Origin: Octopus bimaculoides
Taxonomy: Eukaryota
Reading direction: 5' to 3'
Assembly (NCBI RefSeq): GCF_001194135.2
Contig: NC_068982.1
Span: 113,588,044 to 113,652,043, forward strand
Length of the DNA stretch: 64,000 bases
Part shown: piece after piece, positions 24,151 through 38,461 of the stretch
Position numbering within the stretch: the first letter of the stretch is position 1
How the letters are laid out: each line of letters starts with the position of its first letter
Translations under genes and position numbers: made by a program
Notes under the pieces: model-generated
What the model was told of the DNA's origin: nothing
The model's input: only the letters and a program-made list of their open reading frames with translations
Database searches by the model: none

Positions 24151-24383
24151 TATTGATAATAATATTTTGGTGCAAGGTCAAAAATTTTAGGGAGAGAAAA
24201 GGTTAGACAATTACCCAGACTCCATTGTTAAGCAGGTACTCATGTTATCAATTTTTAAAGGATGGAAACAAAATCAACATCAGCAGAATTTGAACTCACA
24301 GTGTAATGAATTGGAAGAAATACTACTAAGCAGTTTGTCTATCTCACTGCCTTAATAATACTAATAAAGGGGATAATGATGCT

Positions 24384-24430
<47 letters not shown>

Positions 24431-24765
24431 TTTAGAAAATAATATTTTGAAAATTACTAAGTGAAAAGTATTTATTATTATTAAGGGAAATAATCAATCA
24501 TTTACATTTGATTTGATACTGAAATGTTTAGAACTAATTATGAATCTCACAACTGAGGCGCACTTATGTGTGTGTGCATATGTATGACTGTATGTGTTAT
24601 ATGTGTGCTATATGTGTGTGTGAATGTATATTTATGTATATGTATGCACTTGTTCCTGTGTATACATATATGTAGTAGTGAGTGTCTACTCTTGTTTCTG
24701 TATGTATGTGTGTGAATGTATGTGTGTGAATGTGTATGTGTGTGTGTGTGTGTGCACGTGTGTGT

Positions 24766-24802
<37 letters not shown>

Positions 24803-25089
24803 AATGTAAGAATGGCTGTTCTTAGCAAGCTACAAACAATGGATATCTGATAAAGTGTAATGATGCCAAAACACATGTCCTATGGTTCAATGACACCATT
24901 CATAGCCCAGTGACATGTTTTTCACACACATTGTCTAAAAGATGTATTTCGCTCAGGAGACAATTTTTACAGCAAAGGTCTGTCCATATTTGACGGTATA
25001 CAAATGTGTTAGATATAATCATACACACCCATATTTCAATGAAAGCTGCTTTCTGTGCTTCTAGTTAAGGTAATGTGTGTTTTATGCAT

Positions 25090-25503
25090 ATATATACATA
25101 TATATATATATATATTACGGAGATGTACTTGCATAGCAAGTGACTTGATCTGAGATCGTGTGCTGGAACGAAAACAATTGCAGTCTGGAAGGTGTTTATA
25201 AGCCATTTAAAATAACACACAAAGACCGTTAGATTCACTTCAACATTTAAATTTAATTTGTCAAAATATTTTCATTGCTTTGAGATCGCGACCTGTTCAC
25301 TGACAAAATTCTGTGCTACACAGTATAGTAGGTCAGTTGGGCACCATCTGTGAGAAAAGCTAGCACAGAATTTTGTCAGTGAACAGGTCGCGATCTCAGA
25401 GCAATGAAAATATTTTGACAAATTAAATTTAAATGTTGAAGTGAATCTAACGATCTTTGTGTGTTATTTTAAATGGCTTATAAACACCTTCCATGCTGCA
25501 ATT
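25090..25503. repeat. 143-bp near-perfect inverted repeat, possibly Penelope-like element termini
   Basis: Arms 25176-25318 and 25361-25503 have 4 mismatches and a 42-nt loop. The Penelope assignment is recalled resemblance only. Confidence 0.9.
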
Positions 25504-25526
25504 ATATATATATATATATATATATA

Positions 25527-26095
25527 TATGGGGTTGGGGAAAATAATGGAAACCCCTTAAAATTTCAAGCAAATTAATTTCAATATGGGGTAGGACCGCC
25601 TTTGGCAGTAATTACAGCTTGATGTTAGGGGTGATCTGGTTGCAGAAATTGTCTGACAGCCATGACTGGATCCTTCTGCTTGTGCAGCATGGTGTAGAGT
25701 CCTGTTGCCAGACATAGGATCTTCTAGCAGCAGCCCTCTTGACCCAGGGTAGCACTACCGCCTTCAGGCACTTGATGTAGGCCTCTGTATTGAATCTGAA
25801 GCCGTGTGGGGAGATGAATGGTGTTTGGTCATCACTCCAAACACCATGATGTTGACTGAATGCTAGATTTTTATCACTTTCGGTACGTCCTTAGACTGCA
25901 CTGTCTTCAGATTGACACCCAAACACTCTAAAATGTTCATAGTGGAACTTCCGACACGAATGTCAAGTAGTATAGCATGTTGTTTCCAAATTTCTGGCAG
26001 AGTAAATTGCATCACGGTGCTGTTTTTCTTACAGATGGTGCCCAACTGACCTACTATACTGTGAAGTCAACAAAATCAAAAACAAACAAAACGCA
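25527..26095 (-). mobile_element. Internally deleted Tc1/mariner (maT/DD37D-like) transposon
   Basis: The minus strand encodes fragments EIWKQHAILLDIRVGSS...ECLGVNLKTVQ and ..YIKCLKAVVLPWVKRAAARRSYVWQQDSTPC..WLSDNFCNQITPN. Same family as 40766-41623. The left 90 bp look like a different Tc1 terminus. Confidence 0.85.
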
Positions 26096-26099
26096 TTAC

Positions 26100-26790
26100 T
26101 CTTTTACTCTTTTACTTGTTTCAGTCATTTGACTATGGCCATCCAGGAGCACTGCCTTTTAGTCGAGCAAATCGACCCTGGGACTTATTCTTTGTAAGCC
26201 TAGTACTTATTCTGTCGGTCTCTTTTGCCGAGCCACTAAGTGACGGGGACATAACCATATCAGCATCAGTTGTCAAGCAATGCTAGGGGGACAAACACAG
26301 ACACACAAACACACACACACACATACATATATACATATATACGATGGGCTTCTTTCAGTTTCCGTCTATCAAATCCACTCACAATGGTCTATATGTAATA
26401 GTCCAATGGATTGAGATCTGGGGAATTAGGAGGCTAACTTGATTCAAGCATGTAGATGATTTACATCTCATATAGAAGCAGTTGTTGAAGATGAAGGTGG
26501 CTTTATTGAATAACATTATAGAAAAGGTTTAATTTTTATTCATAACATTTGTTGTAAATCTGTTATGTATCTGTTTTTTTTTACAAACATAAATCTGTCC
26601 TCAAATATTTTGCACACCCTGTACAACAGGCTTCTTTAGTTTCTGTCTACCAAATCTACTCACAAGGCTTTGGTCAGCCCAAGGCTATAGCAGAAGACAC
26701 TTGCCCAAGATGCCATACAGTGAGACTGAATCCGGAACCATATGGTTGGGAAACTAGCTTCTTACCACACAGCCGTGCCAGCACCTATGT
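26100..26790 (-). mobile_element. SINE family A pieces interrupted by a Tc1-like terminus (26386-26623)
   Basis: SINE tail half at 26100-26385, then ...gcacaccctg|ta, then SINE head half at 26625-26790. Confidence 0.7.
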
Positions 26791-26944
26791 GTGTATATAC
26801 ACTAAACCACAAAAGAAACACGTGACGTGTGTGACTGTGAAATATGTTTTAATTTCATTATGTCAGAGATAAATTTTAATAAGTGTTAGGGGTTATGTGA
26901 TCATGAAAATTTTCAGCCATCCATTCCTGTGTTACTAAAGCCAT

Positions 26945-27606
26945 GTGTGATCTTACTGAAACATATATGGCCTTCTATTACACACACTGTCTATCTTGGG
27001 CTTAACAATTATTTCCAGGACTTCAATGTAGGCAGCAGAGTTAACTCTAAGGCCTTGTAGAAAGAAGTAAGGAGGCATCACATGTCCTTCATTGCTGACA
27101 ACCTCTAAAACCATGACAGGTGCAGAAAATTTTGTATGCATAACACTTGGAACTTCAGAAGGGACCATCAATCAGTTCTTCTGTTAAATTTTTGATCTTG
27201 GTTGAAGTTTTTCTTATTTGAGAAAAACCAAATCAAATCTTCTGCTGGATTTTTCAGTTTGTTTAAGAGCCTTTTAGATCTGATGTAGTGATTTTCTTTT
27301 GCTTTTTCTGACAATTTAATCTCTCCTCATCATATAAAACTTATAGCCGATGTTTTTGTAGACATTTCTGACTGTTCCTTCTGACACACAGAGATCTTTT
27401 GCAATTGACTTCATGGACTTTCTGGGATTGTAATCAATGCTCTGTTGAACTTGCTGGATAAATTCAGGTGTTCTGATGATTTCAGAGTGTTTAGAATACT
27501 TTTTATGCTTTGATACTGGTGATACATTTCCATCTTTAGTCTCTAGCTCCTTACAAACTTTGTGGACGAAAGATCTGGCAAATTTTAAAAATCAAGATAT
27601 TTCTAA
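26945..27606 (-). mobile_element. Tc1/mariner (DD37D-like) transposase fragment
   Basis: HTKFSAPVMVLEVVSNEGHVMPPYFFLQGLRVNSAAYIEVLEIIVKPKIDSVCNRRPYMFQ contains the typical VMVxGxVSxxG.MPP and F(Q)QD context. Runs into a gap. Confidence 0.85.
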
Positions 27607-27881
27607 NNNNNNNNNNNNNNNNNNNNNNNNNNNNNNNNNNNNNNNNNNNNNNNNNNNNNNNNNNNNNNNNNNNNNNNNNNNNNNNNNNNNNNNNNNNNNN
27701 NNNNNNNNNNNNNNNNNNNNNNNNNNNNNNNNNNNNNNNNNNNNNNNNNNNNNNNNNNNNNNNNNNNNNNNNNNNNNNNNNNNNNNNNNNNNNNNNNNNN
27801 NNNNNNNNNNNNNNNNNNNNNNNNNNNNNNNNNNNNNNNNNNNNNNNNNNNNNNNNNNNGTGTGTGTGTGTGTGAGAGTGT

Positions 27882-27922
<41 letters not shown>

Positions 27923-30900
27923 TTTATCCCCCCCATCACCATTTGACATCTGGTATTGTTGAATTGACATCACCATAACCTAGCGGTTCAACAAAAGAAA
28001 ACCAATAGAATAAGTACTAGACTTAAAAGATAAGTCCTGGGGTCAATTTGTTCAACTAAAACCCTTCAAGGTGGTGCTCCAGCATGGCTGCAGTCAAACA
28101 ACTGAAACAAGTAAGAGAATAAAAAATAATATGTAATAAAATATATATATATACACACACACACGTGTGTGTGTATATGCATACATGTGTGTCAGTAGTA
28201 AATATAATACAGACGTGTAGCAACTCATCACCTGGAAAAAAGTCACCTCCATCAGTATTACTCCCTGCTCAGTTGACAGGTCTTGCTTGCAAGTTACGTA
28301 GTGACCTCAGTGTTGCTGGTGTCATACAAAAAGTACCCAGTACACTCTGTAAATTGGTTGGCATTAGGAAGAGCATCCAGCTCTAGAAGCCATGTTAAAG
28401 CAGATATTTGAGTCTGGCACAGTCTTCTGATTTGCCAGTTCCTGTCAAACCATCTGACCCATGGCAGCATAGAAAACAGACGTTAAATGATAATGAGCGT
28501 AGTAATTATGATATAGTTGTGTAGTAGTTATAGCATAGTGCTGTAGTAATTACAATACAGTTGTGTTGTAATTATAGTACATTAGTGTAGTAATTATACT
28601 GTAGTGGTATAGCAATAAAATGTTACAGGTAGTAACAATTAATCAAATATTCAAAGATTTGAATCTTTCTTAATGTTCCTCAGTCCACTAATCATAATGT
28701 GTGTGAATGTCATCAGTGTCACAAACGTCCTAATAATTTTGTATGGATTAAAGGGAGGGAGAGAGTAAACCAGTAAGGGCTGAATTACAATGACATTTGT
28801 TACAACAATCAGCTTGTGATATCTCTTCATGGCAGCCAAAACCATTTCGTACAAGAGTTATCTTCAGTTTATGCTAAGTAGGTGTGGTAACATCAATAGG
28901 AAATCCCGCTGTAATAATCTGCTCGCATCTGCTTTTGCTGAATTTATACATGTTGGGGTCAAATGACAGAATAGAGTTAATGGGAATAGATCAAGACTGA
29001 AGCAACCACTATAACTAATACAAATAAAGTTGTTTCTAGGCAGGCGCTTTACATGCTAGAAAGAGCAGTTAAATTTTCTTCAATTCATACCTTACAGTCT
29101 TTCTGAAATGGAAATATTAGATAATGCAATATCAGATACACCGTATCTTGAAAAAAGATAGAATGAGGTCTTTAATAGTAAGTCTGCTCAATCAGAGCTG
29201 ACCTTGAGTTAAACAATAACAACAACTAGTGCAACATTAATATATCAGTAGACATGCAAGGTTTTGCAAGGAGCAGATAATGAATGGTATTTAATATAAG
29301 CCAGTGAAGGCAGCAGATTGACTTTGGTGTCAGACAAAATACTTAACACATCTGTGATCAATAACATTCTAGTCATAACCACCTCAACAATTTAGAAGAC
29401 AAAGTCTACATTGTTCTATGTATCTTTCCTTGTGTAAGACAGTAAGGGATGATTTGCTATTTCTAGCTATCGAAGAGACCATGTAGAGGATCCAGTATTT
29501 ATTTGTTTGGAAGAATGTAAAGTAAATGGCATTGAAAGCAGTAAAATAAACTGCCTATTGCTTTTGAATGACTATATTTATGTTACAAGAATCATGTTCA
29601 TTAATTTGAAGAGACCATTTATTATCTAGCAATGTGCTATTACTATATTGCTAAGCTGAGCACAATGTTAAATATTATTTACATTTCATATAAAATATCT
29701 CAGGAGAAAAATATATTAACCATTACATTATGGTAGAGTCATTGTACCCATTAAAAATACACACACACACACATACACTCTAATAATAATATATATGGCA
29801 TAGGAATGCCTAGGTGCAGGTATGGCCACATGGTCAAGCAGTTATCTTCCCAAACACATGATATCAGGTTAAGTCCCACTACACAGCCTGTTGAGCAAGT
29901 ATCTTCAAATATAGCCCTGGGCTGGTCAAGCCATATGAATAGGCCTCATAGACAGAAATTGAAAGAAGCCTGTGGTACATGTGTGTATGTGTGTGTATAG
30001 GTGTGTGTGTGTATAGGTGTGTGTACATACATACATACATACACATATATATGTATATTATGTAAGTTTGTTTGTGTGTGTATCAGAGACATAAATATTT
30101 CTACATTTTTCAAAGCTGTCATAACTGATAGTTTTTTTCTATGTCAGTAGTATGACAATACAATTAAACAGGCACTGCTAACATCGTTTGGCAGAAAGAT
30201 TAATGATGTACCGATTGTAATTATTAAGATACCAAGTACACCTGGTATTGACACCAAACTCCATAATTCAAAAGTATGAGTTTATTTTTTGTTTTAAATT
30301 CTTATATTTATTGATATTTAATTCAATTTAATGCAACTCACTGATATTGAATTTTTATTTAGAAATAACTCTAGATGTCAGAATTTTATAGATGTTATTT
30401 ATTTATAAGATGGATGTTAATATATTAGATATCATAGCATCACCATCATCATCTTTTAACATTCATCTACCATGCTGACATGGGTGGGTTGAATGGTTTG
30501 ACAGAAGCTAATGTGTCTAAGAATTGTGTTGTAATCTAATGCCTACTTTTGTTAGGTGTCTACAGCAAGATACCTTTCCAAACACCAACCATTTTATAGT
30601 GTGTGACTTTCCTTTATCATGGCATCAGTACTACTCTCCCTAATTGCTCCCTCTCAACCCTTGTTTATCATTAATTGCCCTCTTTCAACCCTTGTTTATC
30701 ATGTGGCACATTCACCCTTACCCTTCTCCCCATCTCTATCCTTCACTCTCCCAGTACACTCTTGCAACCACTAAACCACCCACCATTTTTGTTCTTTTGT
30801 TCCAGTACCTACCCTGCTGCATTGTTACCACTTTCTTCATGTCACTCACCAGCTCCACCTTGATTACTCCCACCCTCATTTGTATAATGCAAGCAACCAT

Positions 30901-33739
30901 ATATCTCCTCTACAGTAAGAAATCTATTCCTGTCCCTTCTTCCATACTTCCATCACCTAGCATAAAGCAACCATCCTCTTTGCTAATCGCCCACTCACTC
31001 AAAGAGGAACTTTGGAGCAACATGGTGACTTAACTAGTGCTGATACCATAGGAAAAGGCACCCTGTATTCTCTGTAAAGTGGTTGGTGTTATGAATGGTA
31101 GCCAGCTGTTGAAACCATGCTAAAGCAGACATTAGAGCATCATGCAATCCACATATTTAGCAGATCCAGCCAAGCTAAATTATACCAGCTGGAAAGATGG
31201 ACATTAAAAGATGACAATAGTGTGTGTGTGTGTGGTTTAGTGGTTAGAGTACTTGGCTTGTGGTTGTAAAGTTATATATACATATACACACACACCCACA
31301 TGTATCACAGGCTTGTTTCAATTTATGTTTATGAAGTCTATTCATATGGTATGACCAGCCCAGGGCTATATTTGAAGATACTTCTGTTATGGCTCAACAA
31401 GAATTGCTCTTATAGCTAACTTTCAATGAGATTGAGAAAGAGCATGGCTCATAATTTTTTTATGGGTACCTTCAGCACCAATCTGGAAAACAATAAAGCT
31501 GTGATATTTTAATTTTCTAAACCAACTTGCATCATTCTTGAGAATTCATAAATTCTTCAATAACCTTATCAAATAGCATTAATAACATTATTAAATAGTA
31601 AATGTCCACATTGCTTCTTCTCTGTTTAGAATCCCTTGACTCCAATATTCAAGATGTACATGTCTTCATTAGAAGATTCATGAAATTGAAATACAATGAA
31701 AATGGTTGTTATTTAATAAATACACAAGAGAGTTGTAGTCCTCCAAATATCAAAGTTCTCTAAACATTTTTTTTTTTTGCTATTAAGTTAGGAGATGAAG
31801 AGAAAAAGGCAATAACTTTTGTAGGTTCTTTTACATTGGTGAGATTAATGCATCTGATTCCCAGCCTGAAGTCTGCAATTCTGGTCAGAGTCAGCAGAAA
31901 TAAACCATGGATGAGAAGGAAAGTGAGAGCAGGGTGTGTTGATCCAAGTGCTTGCAATAGAGTTTGCTATAATAGTCACCCAAGGACTACCTGCTGCTGT
32001 TGTTAAATCAGGTAGTCTTGATAGTCTTAGGCCTAATTCTCATGTATTTTACAAACACTTGATGGCTAATGTATTCAGGACTTAATATTATAGGAATGCT
32101 TAAGAGAGAATCATTAGCATGCTGGGCAAAATGCTTAGAGGCATTTTATTGGTCTTCACATTCTGAGTTCAAATTTTACCACGGTCAGCTTTGCCTTTTA
32201 TCCTTTTGGGGGTCAATAAAATAAGTACCAATTGAGCACTGGGGTTGATGCAATCGACTTATCCCTACTCCTGAACTTGCTGGCTTTTTGTCAAAATTTG
32301 AAACCAGTATTATAGGAAAGTTTGAAATGTTAACATAGCCTTCCTATGAAACATCAGTCATAAATAAAGACATGAAATAAGAGTGCTGATCAACAGAATG
32401 TAGTGGATATTTAATATGCTATGTTCTGTTGACTAATATGTCTTTACCAAAAGTCTTCTGTGTTCCAGTGTCATTTGCATTGTGTAGGATGCTTCTTTAC
32501 CACATAATTATTCTATCTTATTGACTATTTCTTTGAATAGACTGACTGAACAGCAGCAGAGTTCCTTTATTTCATAATTACTTCCTTGATGCTACTTCTA
32601 AGAACACATATTACATAGATAGAGTTCAACAATTATTAACCACCAAGTAATTTCCTTTAGATAGTGTCACTCAAGAATCAGTTTATACTAGAATAATTTC
32701 CATTTTCCTTCTAAAGTAAAGCCTTATATTTAGTTTAATAATTTCTTTTGATTACATCATCTAGTGCTAATAGAAAATGTAAATCAAAATATAAATTTCT
32801 TAGAGCCTGTTCCAGTTTCCACATTTGTTGCTTAAAATATGCCTTTGGGTACTAGTTTTGTCTTAATTTTGCATCAAGACACCCAGAATTACTAACTTCA
32901 TTTATTATTAAATATTTCATTAATTTGAAAGGATCTAATAAATCAGACAGTCAGTATTTATTCAATCTATGAAACAGAATTTAACTAAGATATGATGCAA
33001 ATTATTTTCTTTTGGCAGTAACCGAATATAGTTTTCACTTCTGTTATTAATATGAACGCAACTTTTCTCTATAGTAATTCTTATCATATTTCCAGTTAGA
33101 TTAATGAATCAATATTAAACCAATTTAACAGAGGAGTAAGTTTTAGCCTATATATGACTAGTTATCTAGAAGTGTGTGTCTGAAACATTATATTAAAGCA
33201 GCAGTCATAAAGGCAATTGATTTTAGTGAAACATCTAGAAATCAGGGCATTTTAATAAGTTGCTGTTGTGATTTAAGTGTAATATGATTTTACAAAGATG
33301 TTTATGAGATGAAGTGGTTTAGTCTGTTAAGTCACAGAGATTCCTCTCAAGAAAGACTCATTTCATCAATAAGTATGTAAACAATTTTCAGAAAAGCCTT
33401 TTCAAAAGATAAAGAGGGGGATTAACTTAATTACATAATTACATAATTGTACATACACACACATAAATAAGTACACATATAAACAAATAGGTGATTTAAT
33501 ATAAATTTTATTGAGTCATAAATAGAATTGTGTTAATGGGTGAATAATTGGAAAGGTAGTGGCATAAATAAGTTAATACATTATTACAACCCCTGTCTTT
33601 TTCTGTCTTGCGAGTTTGAATATTAATGTCACTAGAGCTGGTGGCATGAAAAATGTACACATATAATAAAAAGAAACAATTTTAAAAAAACAGAGAGAGA
33701 GAGAGAGAGTGAAAGACAGACAGACATACAGATAGACAC

Positions 33740-33784
<45 letters not shown>

Positions 33785-34424
33785 CGGACGGACAGACAGA
33801 TAGATAGATAGATACAATTCAATATAATATGGTTGAGCAAAATCAGCACATTCAAGATAAGACACCAGCAAATCCATTCTCAGTCTCACATGGATAAAAC
33901 ATTTCAAAACTAATGAAGAATGTTTGGCCATTTGTCTTTTATTTATTTATTTATTTATTTATTTGCATATTCCAGTAATTCTGAAACTAAATTGTTTTGA
34001 TGTCATCATAAAGTTGCCTTTGAATATTTTAATGACTAAAATATTCTGCTTAGCAATATCAGCATGGATAGAAATGTCAGTGTTACAACAGTCAATCAAA
34101 GCCTGCATTGAGTGATTGTGAATTACAATAATAATGAATGCACAAGACAAAATGATGCTCAATAAAAAAAAAAAACTGAAAATCTTTATAAAATCAAAGA
34201 AAATAATGAGTTTGTTTATTAGATCATTTTTGCATACACAAGAAAAATGGCATGATTTTTGCACATTTGTGATATGCTGCATCCCTTGTTGGACATTCTC
34301 TGCAGTTATATCCACACTTCTGACTAAAATGAAAACACTTTGAAAAGCAGTGACTGACATAGTTCCTTGTTCATTGTCCTCTTCCATAATTCATATTTGT
34401 AGTATTATTTATAAACATATCAAT

Positions 34425-34694
34425 GTAGCTATGTGGTAAGAAGCTTGCTTTCCAACCACATGGCTCCGGGTTCAGTCCCACTGCATGGCATCTTGGGCTA
34501 GTGTCGACTTTGCCTTTCATCCTTTCAGGGTTGATAAATAAAGTACCAGTTACGCACTGGGGTCGATGTAATCGACTTAATCCCTTTGTCTGTCCTTGTT
34601 TGTCCCCTCCACGTTTAGCTCCTTGTGGGCAATAAAGAAATAAGAAACTGAAAGAAGCCCATCATGTGTATATATATATATATATATATATAGA

Positions 34695-34726
<32 letters not shown>

Positions 34727-34985
34727 GATAGATAGATGTGTGTGTATATTCATGTGTGTGTCTTTGTGTCTGTGTTTGTCCCCCTCACCATTGCTTAACA
34801 ACTGATGTTGGTGTGTTTATGTCTCCATAACTTAGCAGTTCAACAAAGAGACCAATAGAATAAGTACTAGGCTTATAAAGAATAAGTACTGGGGTCGATT
34901 TTTTCAACTAAAACCCTTTAAGGCAGTGCTCCAGCTTGGCCATAGTCAAATGACTGAAAAATGTAAAAGAGTAAAAGAATATACA
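34425..34985 (+). mobile_element. Chimeric SINE: family A head + family B core with alternative tail + family A 3' half
   Basis: The A head reaches ggctagtgtc (~34504), then gactttgcctttcatcctttcagggttgataaa...gggcaataaagaaataa (~34641), then gaaactgaaagaagccc resumes family A. Confidence 0.85.
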
Positions 34986-35199
34986 TACACACCCATTACA
35001 CTCTCAGAGTGGTTGACGTTAGGAAGGGCATCCAGCCATAGAAAACCATGCCAAAACAGACTGGAGTCTGGTGCAGCCTTCCAGCTTACCAGCCCTGGTC
35101 AAACTGTCCAACCCATGCCAGCATGGACAACGGACGTTAAATCATGATAATGATGACACACACACACATGCATATATAGTTACTATCTTCTTAGAACGG

Positions 35200-35800
35200 T
35201 AACTGCAGAAGCATTTGCCAAAACCAAAATGCTGTACTTGGCATTTGTCAACATAGAGAAAACTTTTGACAGAGTTCCTCACTCCAAGACCTGGTAGAAG
35301 ATGTGGAAGCTAGGGTAGATGAGTGGCTGGTGAGGCTATCCAAGCCATATACAGGAAGGTTGTCAATATGGTGAAAGTCAGCGATGTGTAGAGTAGTTCA
35401 GCAAAGATCAGTTCTCAGTTCACTTTTGTTTATCAAAGTCCTCCAGGCCATAACAAAGAAATTTAAAACTGATTGCCTAAGGAGCTCCTCTTTGTTGATT
35501 ACTGTGTTCTTATAGCAGAATCTCTTGTAGAATCCGAGAAGAAATTTCAGGTGTAGAAGCAAGGACAGGAATCAAATAAACTTTAATTTAGTAAAGACCA
35601 AAGTACTATCAAGAAGGTAAGCAAATTATCAGTTCCTTCAGGGAGGTGGCCTTGCTCAATATGTGGAAAAGTAGGAGGTAGAAATTCCATATGATGTATC
35701 CACTACAAGTTATGGAATACAGTGGAATCACAGGAAAGTTAACAGAGAAAGTTGCCATTGTGTGTAGCAGATTGAAAGGGCATTCAGCTGCAGAGGCCAT
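35200..35800 (+). mobile_element. RTE-clade LINE RT fragment (decayed)
   Basis: LYLAFVNIEKTFDRVPHS (the AFVDLEKAFDRVP motif), followed by frameshifted RT sequence. Confidence 0.7.
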
Positions 35801-38116
35801 GCAGAAGTAGTCAGTACAGCTTGGTACAGTATTGTGACTGTGAAACCATCTGAATCATGCCAGCATGGAAGGAGGACATTAAATGATAACGATGAAGATA
35901 ATAATAATAATGATGATGATGATATATAGCCATCACACACAAGCATATACGACCTGGTAGCATGCCCCATGCTTTCATTATTGTTTAGGTATCTATATAG
36001 TTGCAAGAAAACAAAGACATCTTCTTGGCTCATCCACACTTGACCTGGCAGAGCACTGAGGTGAAAGGATGGCATTAGTGCTAGGCTAGTTCTCATTTTC
36101 AATTAAGTTGGCTGGAGCAACATAAAATGGAGCTACTTGCTTAAGGGCACAACATTCCACCTGATCCAGAAATCCAACTCACAACCTTAAGATCATGTGC
36201 CCAATGCCCTAACCATGCTAAACCTTAAATGGAAAATGGATATTGCAACCTCTGTATCTCAAAATCTATGTCTGTCTAATTCCATACAGAAATCTCGCTG
36301 AATTGAAGCCTGGAATTAATGTTCTTTTGTAAAAGTAGTGGCTAAATTGTTATGTAAAGCACTGCAGGCTATATAGACAACAGTCCTATGAAGCTTGTCA
36401 AGTCGAGCACTTCAATCAAATCCAGAGATCTTTAAATTCCATTTACCATTCTCACAATCATCTCTCCCTTAATCATAGAATCTCTTTACATGATAACACT
36501 GTCCCAAATGTAACTGACTCAGCTGCTTTGTGTGTATCTATACACATAGGCTTTCAGCATACAGCTCCATATCTTCGATATTTACACCTTCAAATTTTTT
36601 TTTAAACCTAATAACAACATCACTTTCATTCTATTTGCACATTAATCATCACTAATTCTGTTTCAATTTATATATGTATCATACTCATTATTATGCAACC
36701 AAATTATCCTCATCCATGTCCCAATACTATGTACCATCTTCTCGATGCTCTTATGCGCTCAATATTCCATAGCCAAATTCCTTCAACCATAAAAATGTTT
36801 TTATTTTAATTTTCTCAAGTAAATATTAAAACTTTCAAGTAAGTATTTTTTTATGAAAATAGTTTTGAAGATGTTTTAAAGGATTCTTGAAGAACTACAT
36901 AATGAACACAATTTTTTCAAGGGTCTTTTTCTGAGGACCTGCTGTTTAAAACTGCATGAACATATTTTAGGCAGGGAATATCACTTGAGAATTGTTCCGA
37001 AGTTCCTGGAAAAGTCCTAATTTCAAAATTATTGGTTTTGCCATTACCACATTTAGCGCTTCCAGCAGCAGCACTGCTATTATTGCTATTATTATTATCA
37101 TGGTTGACTATTATTACCATCACGCTCTGTTTATATTCATATTTATAATATCTATTTTTATTTCATATTTTCTATTCTTATTTCCACTAACCCACACATC
37201 ATTCCAATATCTTTAATAGATATTTTATTTGTTATTTATACTTTTTCATTATTTCCTGTTTTACTTTTTCGCATTCTTCATTTCATTTCTTCCATGTTTT
37301 ATAGGTATATATCTATATATTACCTTATATTCCTACACACCTATCAGTTTATTATTAACATCAATCTTGCCTATCTATCTACATAGGCTCACATAGCTTC
37401 ATGTATTTATACATATATTATTATTATTTTCCTTTTCACATTTTTTTTTTTTCATATATTTTTCATATTCGCTGTTTTATTATCACACCCATGAACAATA
37501 GCATCAGTCTTAGAAATTCTCAGCATGCAGTTTCATTATTATTCCACATTCTTTGTTGCCAAACACAGCCAAGGTTAAAATTATGTTTCTGTATCTATAT
37601 GTTCATCTCTTAAATTGATATTTTCTCACCAATTTATTTATTATGTAAACTTGACAATGTTAAATATTATATATGAACAATTTTCAAATACCTTGCAAAC
37701 AGTCATCTGAGGATCAGGTTTGTGAAAATTTGGTGACAACTTGCAAAATACAACACTGAATAAAATCTATTTTTCTTCTATTCTCTCTCTCTATATTACA
37801 CACACATGTATCCAACCAAGAAGACCTGTACTCCACAGCAGAAGTGTTAAGGTCACTCCCCTAGGTGAAGAGGATTGTCCTGCAAGAAGCTTGTGCCAGT
37901 GCCACATAAAAAGCACTCATGCCAGTGCCACTTAAAAGTACTCATGCAGTTCCATGTATAAGCACCCAGCACACTCTGTAAAGTGGTTGGCATTTACAAA
38001 GGGCATCCAGCCGTAGAAACCATGTCAAATCAGACTAGCACCTGGTGCAGCCCCCTTGGTTGCCAGCTCTGGTCACACCGTCCAACCCATGCCAACATGG
38101 ACAACAAACATTAAAC

Positions 38117-38153
<37 letters not shown>

Positions 38154-38461
38154 TAATTATTTATACTACCAGCACATTATACAACATAAATATCAATAAT
38201 CAATCAGGTGTAGCTGTGTGGTTAAGGAGATATGGTAAGAGGGAAGAGGCTGGGTTAGAGCAGGTCCTCATTGTAGAGGAGCCACATGGCTACTCACATT
38301 TAGGAGAAAGAGAGAGAGAATGAATTAGAGTTATCACCAAGCTTTAGGCAAAATTTGATGCAGATTCTCTACTCAACTTTCTCTGTCATTGCCAATGCAA
38401 TGATCACATGCTACATACCTTACTTCCAAGCACTGCTGTAAACAGCGGAAATGAGCTAGAA

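Noticed and set aside
34230-34324. Minus frame QKCGYNCRECPTRDAAYHKC, resembling a C1 zinc finger
   Set aside because: Spacing is C-x2-C-x7-H-x-C rather than the C1 pattern C-x2-C-x4-H-x2-C, and the frame soon stops.
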